Assembly: GCA_963745075.1 (NCBI GenBank)
Contig: CAVUWV010000008.1
Coordinates: 224,001-288,000, forward strand
DNA: 64,000 bases
DNA from: Candidatus Hydrogenedentota bacterium
Lineage (GTDB): Bacteria > Hydrogenedentota > Hydrogenedentia > Hydrogenedentales > SLHB01
Reading direction: 5' to 3'
Positions 61,209-64,000 of the stretch are shown here, one piece after another. The first letter of the stretch is position 1. Each line of letters opens with the position of its first letter. The notes beneath the pieces are model-generated. The model did no database searches. It was not told the DNA's origin and was given only the letters and a program-made list of their open reading frames with translations. The position numbers and the translations under genes were made by a program.

Positions 61209-61639
61209 GGCGAATAGACTCCTCCCAACTCGGAACCCGGCACGACTCTCCGCGCGATTCCATCCCGAAAGTTCGAGGAACGCAACATATGTCTATATGA
61301 GTACCTTACAAAACAGGCACCTAAAAACAAAAACTGACCTACCGTTAGGTCTGCACCGACATCGCAAACAACATCCGCATTCGCAGGATTCATACACGGG
61401 AATACCGTGGCCCGGGCCAATACGCCATCCTACACATTCATGCTGTACCCGTCAAGGGATCGAACCGGCTCGAAGTCCGCCACCTCCGGCTCCGCGCGCC
61501 TCCGAAAATCTCCGTGAAACCCCCGGCGATCATGGTAGAATCAAGTGGCAAGCTGTCCCCAGCGGACCAGGTGCCTGAAGTGACATCTCCGCAGCGGTCA
61601 TCCTCCCCATCCAACGCGGGGAGCGAATCGCTGCTGAAC

Positions 61640-61902
61640 CGTATACGCCTATCCGGCCTCCCGAAAGGAATCGACGCAGTATGAATCGGAAGCCATTCAC
61701 CAAAGATGCATCCGCGCGAAGCCCTTTTCGCGCTAAGAACTCCAGACACGATACCGGCACGACCAATCTCGTCGTCATCGATCCCGATGTTAGCGAGTAT
61801 TTCCCGGACCGCGAGTCCGTGAACGAAGCACTTCGAGGCCTCATCGCCATCATCAGACGCCAGCGCGAAACCGCTGAAGTAGAGTCCAAAAGACAAATTT
61901 AG
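61640..61902 (+). pseudogene. Remnant of a BrnT-toxin / antitoxin pair
   Basis: Fragments RIRL.../ASRKESTQYE (BrnT-like C-terminus), then TTNLVVIDPDVSEYFPDRESVNEALRGL (partner antitoxin C-terminus). Confidence 0.55.
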
Positions 61903-62097
61903 GATATCCGGCGTCAACCTGCGCTCATTCGGGACAACGTGTCGTAAACCCCATCTCTGAGACATGCGGTAGATACCACGTCCGCACTCGCGCGCCCGCC
62001 GAGTGCGCGAACCATCGAAAACAAGAATCGCCACAACCGAAGCCGGACCCTGTGCTATACTTCCATAGAGCACCTACCCGGGCTACGGATGGTTGCC

Positions 62098-62971
62098 ATG
62101 AAATCGACGCGCAAGAGATGGATGGTTGCGGTCGCAGTCCTAGCGGTCGCATGTGGAACCGGCTGGACGTACACGTGGTACCGCACGGCCCAACGCAACG
62201 CGCAGTGCGTGCGCAACCTCGAGCAAATCGGCGCCGCCCTGCACGCCTACATGAACGACTCGAAGGGGGAGTACTCTCCCCCATTGTCCTTGGTGCCGGG
62301 CCGACTCATGTTCGACCGCGACGCGGTTTACCCAACGTATCTGACCGAACCCATGTGGCTCGTGTCGCCGTTTCACCCGGACTATGTGCGTTTTCAGGCG
62401 CAAGACAGCGATCCCGAGTCGCTCATTGATGACGCCAGCTATTGGTACCTGGGCTATATCTTTGCCAACGAACGGTCTGCCTTTGCTTGGATTGATGAGT
62501 ACAAGAAACGTGCATCCCCGGCGGGCAACTTCCTCCCGATGTCAGCGTTCTTTGGCCGGACATACAAGACGGATTGGCGGCACGGGACAGGGAAATGCGC
62601 GCACGATACGACGAAGCGTTGGCGAAGGTTCGCGCCGATTGGATCGCGTCTGGCCAGGAGGGCGATCCACCAGAAACCCGTGGGGATGTTGAGAAATGCG
62701 ACCGAACCTTCCCGGAAGAATGCACTAGTACATGTCTTGAGACGGAGTAGAACGCTTTCTGATCACGGAAATCATGGCAATCCCGCGGTGCTGGGCAAAA
62801 GGCATCACGAAAGCCCCCGTCATGGTCGAACGGCCCGAACTGCACGGCGACGGCGGCCACGTCCTGTACATGGATGGCCACGTCGAGTTTGTCCCTTACC
62901 CCGGCCCGTTTCCCATGACCGTGACCTTCATCGATGGCCTGCGGTCGCTGGATCGGATGGCGTCGCGCTGA
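62098..62971 (+). CDS. DUF1559-like / H-X9-DG domain protein, frameshifted
   Basis: TM helix, CVRNLEQIGAALHAYMND, SYWYLGY, C-terminal HGDGGHVLYMDGHVEF in another frame. Confidence 0.75.
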
Positions 62972-63122
62972 CAGTATGCGTGGTGAGGGGCATTGCGCCA
63001 GAAGATCGTAACCATTGCACTTCCACATGACATACGATTGCAGATGTTGCGCCGGATTGGATACGGTACAATACTGAAGAATGCGAGTTGACGCGCGATT
63101 CCGCTCGTGAGGAGAAGACACG

Positions 63123-63347
63123 ATGTCACCGGACGCAATGGATTTAGTCAGGGAAGCTTTGAAGCTGCCGCCCGAAGCGAGAGCAGCCCTTGCCGGAACG
63201 CTTCTGGAAAGCCTGGAAGAGCCGATTGACGCCGACAGCGAAGTGGCGTGGTCCGTGGAAATTCGGCGGCGGCTCGATGAATTGGACTCAGGGAAAGCAA
63301 CCACGGTCCCATGGTCTGAACTCCGCCGCCGCATCCACGGCTTCTGA
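63123..63347 (+). CDS. Addiction-module antitoxin (TIGR02574-like)
   Basis: ALKLPPEARAALA..LLESL...AWSVEIRRRL...VPWSE. Confidence 0.88.
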   Translation: MSPDAMDLVREALKLPPEARAALAGTLLESLEEPIDADSEVAWSVEIRRRLDELDSGKATTVPWSELRRRIHGF

Positions 63348-63646
63348 TGGTCGACCGTGTGGAGTTCCATTCCGCGGCTGCGGATGAAGTCCAGGCGGCA
63401 CACCGATGGTACGCTGAACGCAATGATTCAGCCGGCGCTGCCTTCCTGCGCGATTTGGACAATGCAGTGTCGCGAGTCTTGGAGTCGCCGGAGCGTTGGC
63501 CGCGATACATTAACGAGACGCGGCGATACGTCTTCCGCCGGTTCCCATATTCGCTCGTGTACAGGGTTGCCGCTGAGAACGTTCAAGTAGTTGCAGTGGT
63601 CCACGCACGTCGACGGCCCGGGTATTGGAAGGAGCGTACGCGCTAA
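63347..63646 (+). CDS. RelE/ParE family toxin
   Basis: FHSAAADEV.AA.RWY...RRFPYSLVY...VVAVVHARRRPGYW. Confidence 0.9.
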   Translation: MVDRVEFHSAAADEVQAAHRWYAERNDSAGAAFLRDLDNAVSRVLESPERWPRYINETRRYVFRRFPYSLVYRVAAENVQVVAVVHARRRPGYWKERTR

Positions 63647-63824
63647 ATAATCGCGGAGGTGTAGGCGGACCCTTTATATGGAAGTGGTGTGAACTGCTTT
63701 CTGGGTTCATCATGGGACCTCGCCATCACGCAAGTCGCACCTCAATTACAATAGCGCCTCACGATTACGAAAAAGTCGAAGGGGGAAACATCCGTTTCTA
63801 ATCGGCATCAGGAGGGGGGGAAGA

Positions 63825-64000
63825 CTGAGATTTGATCCAGATAGAGCGCTCGACCTGCTCCGGTTGGGGACCGGTATTCCAGACGCCCGCTTTCGCGAGG
63901 GCCAAGCGGAAGCCATCCGCCACGTCGTGGAGGGCCGGGGCCGGCTGTTGGTGGTGCAGAAAACCGGCTGGGGCAAGAGTTTCGTCTATTTCATCGCCAC
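63825..64000 (+). CDS. RecQ-family ATP-dependent DNA helicase, N-terminal part (runs off the window)
   Basis: DARFREGQAEAIRHVV...LLVVQKTGWGKSFVYF (motif 0 and Walker A). Likely CTG start behind GGAGG. Confidence 0.8.
   Translation, partial: MRFDPDRALDLLRLGTGIPDARFREGQAEAIRHVVEGRGRLLVVQKTGWGKSFVYFIA

Overview
This 64-kb window is high-GC bacterial chromosomal DNA. Its gene content resembles Ca. Hydrogenedentes or Planctomycete-like bacteria (inference): an extended ECF sigma factor, a sulfatase-like protein, DUF1559, ThuA and Gfo/Idh/MocA proteins. Housekeeping and metabolic genes include a CoA-transferase, dtxR-feoAB, DAHP synthase, a DEAD-box helicase, sucCD, an acyl-CoA dehydratase activase, queA and fadN-fadA. 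Interspersed among them are five toxin-antitoxin loci or remnants, a degraded IS3 element, GTAG-type REPs and a Ser/Thr-kinase/FHA-sigma54 signalling module. Many genes carry single-base frameshifts, which suggests an error-prone long-read assembly. The most unusual locus is at 39.8-41.3 kb, read on the minus strand: promoter, one degenerate unit, nine 75-bp tandem units built from the 5' end of tRNA-Asn plus a 17-nt palindrome, the intact tRNA-Asn(GTT), a terminator, a small stand-alone GIY-YIG nuclease, a second tRNA-Asn copy disrupted by two 17-nt palindromes, and a duplicated terminator. It is a candidate tRNA-targeting nuclease/palindrome mobile system.
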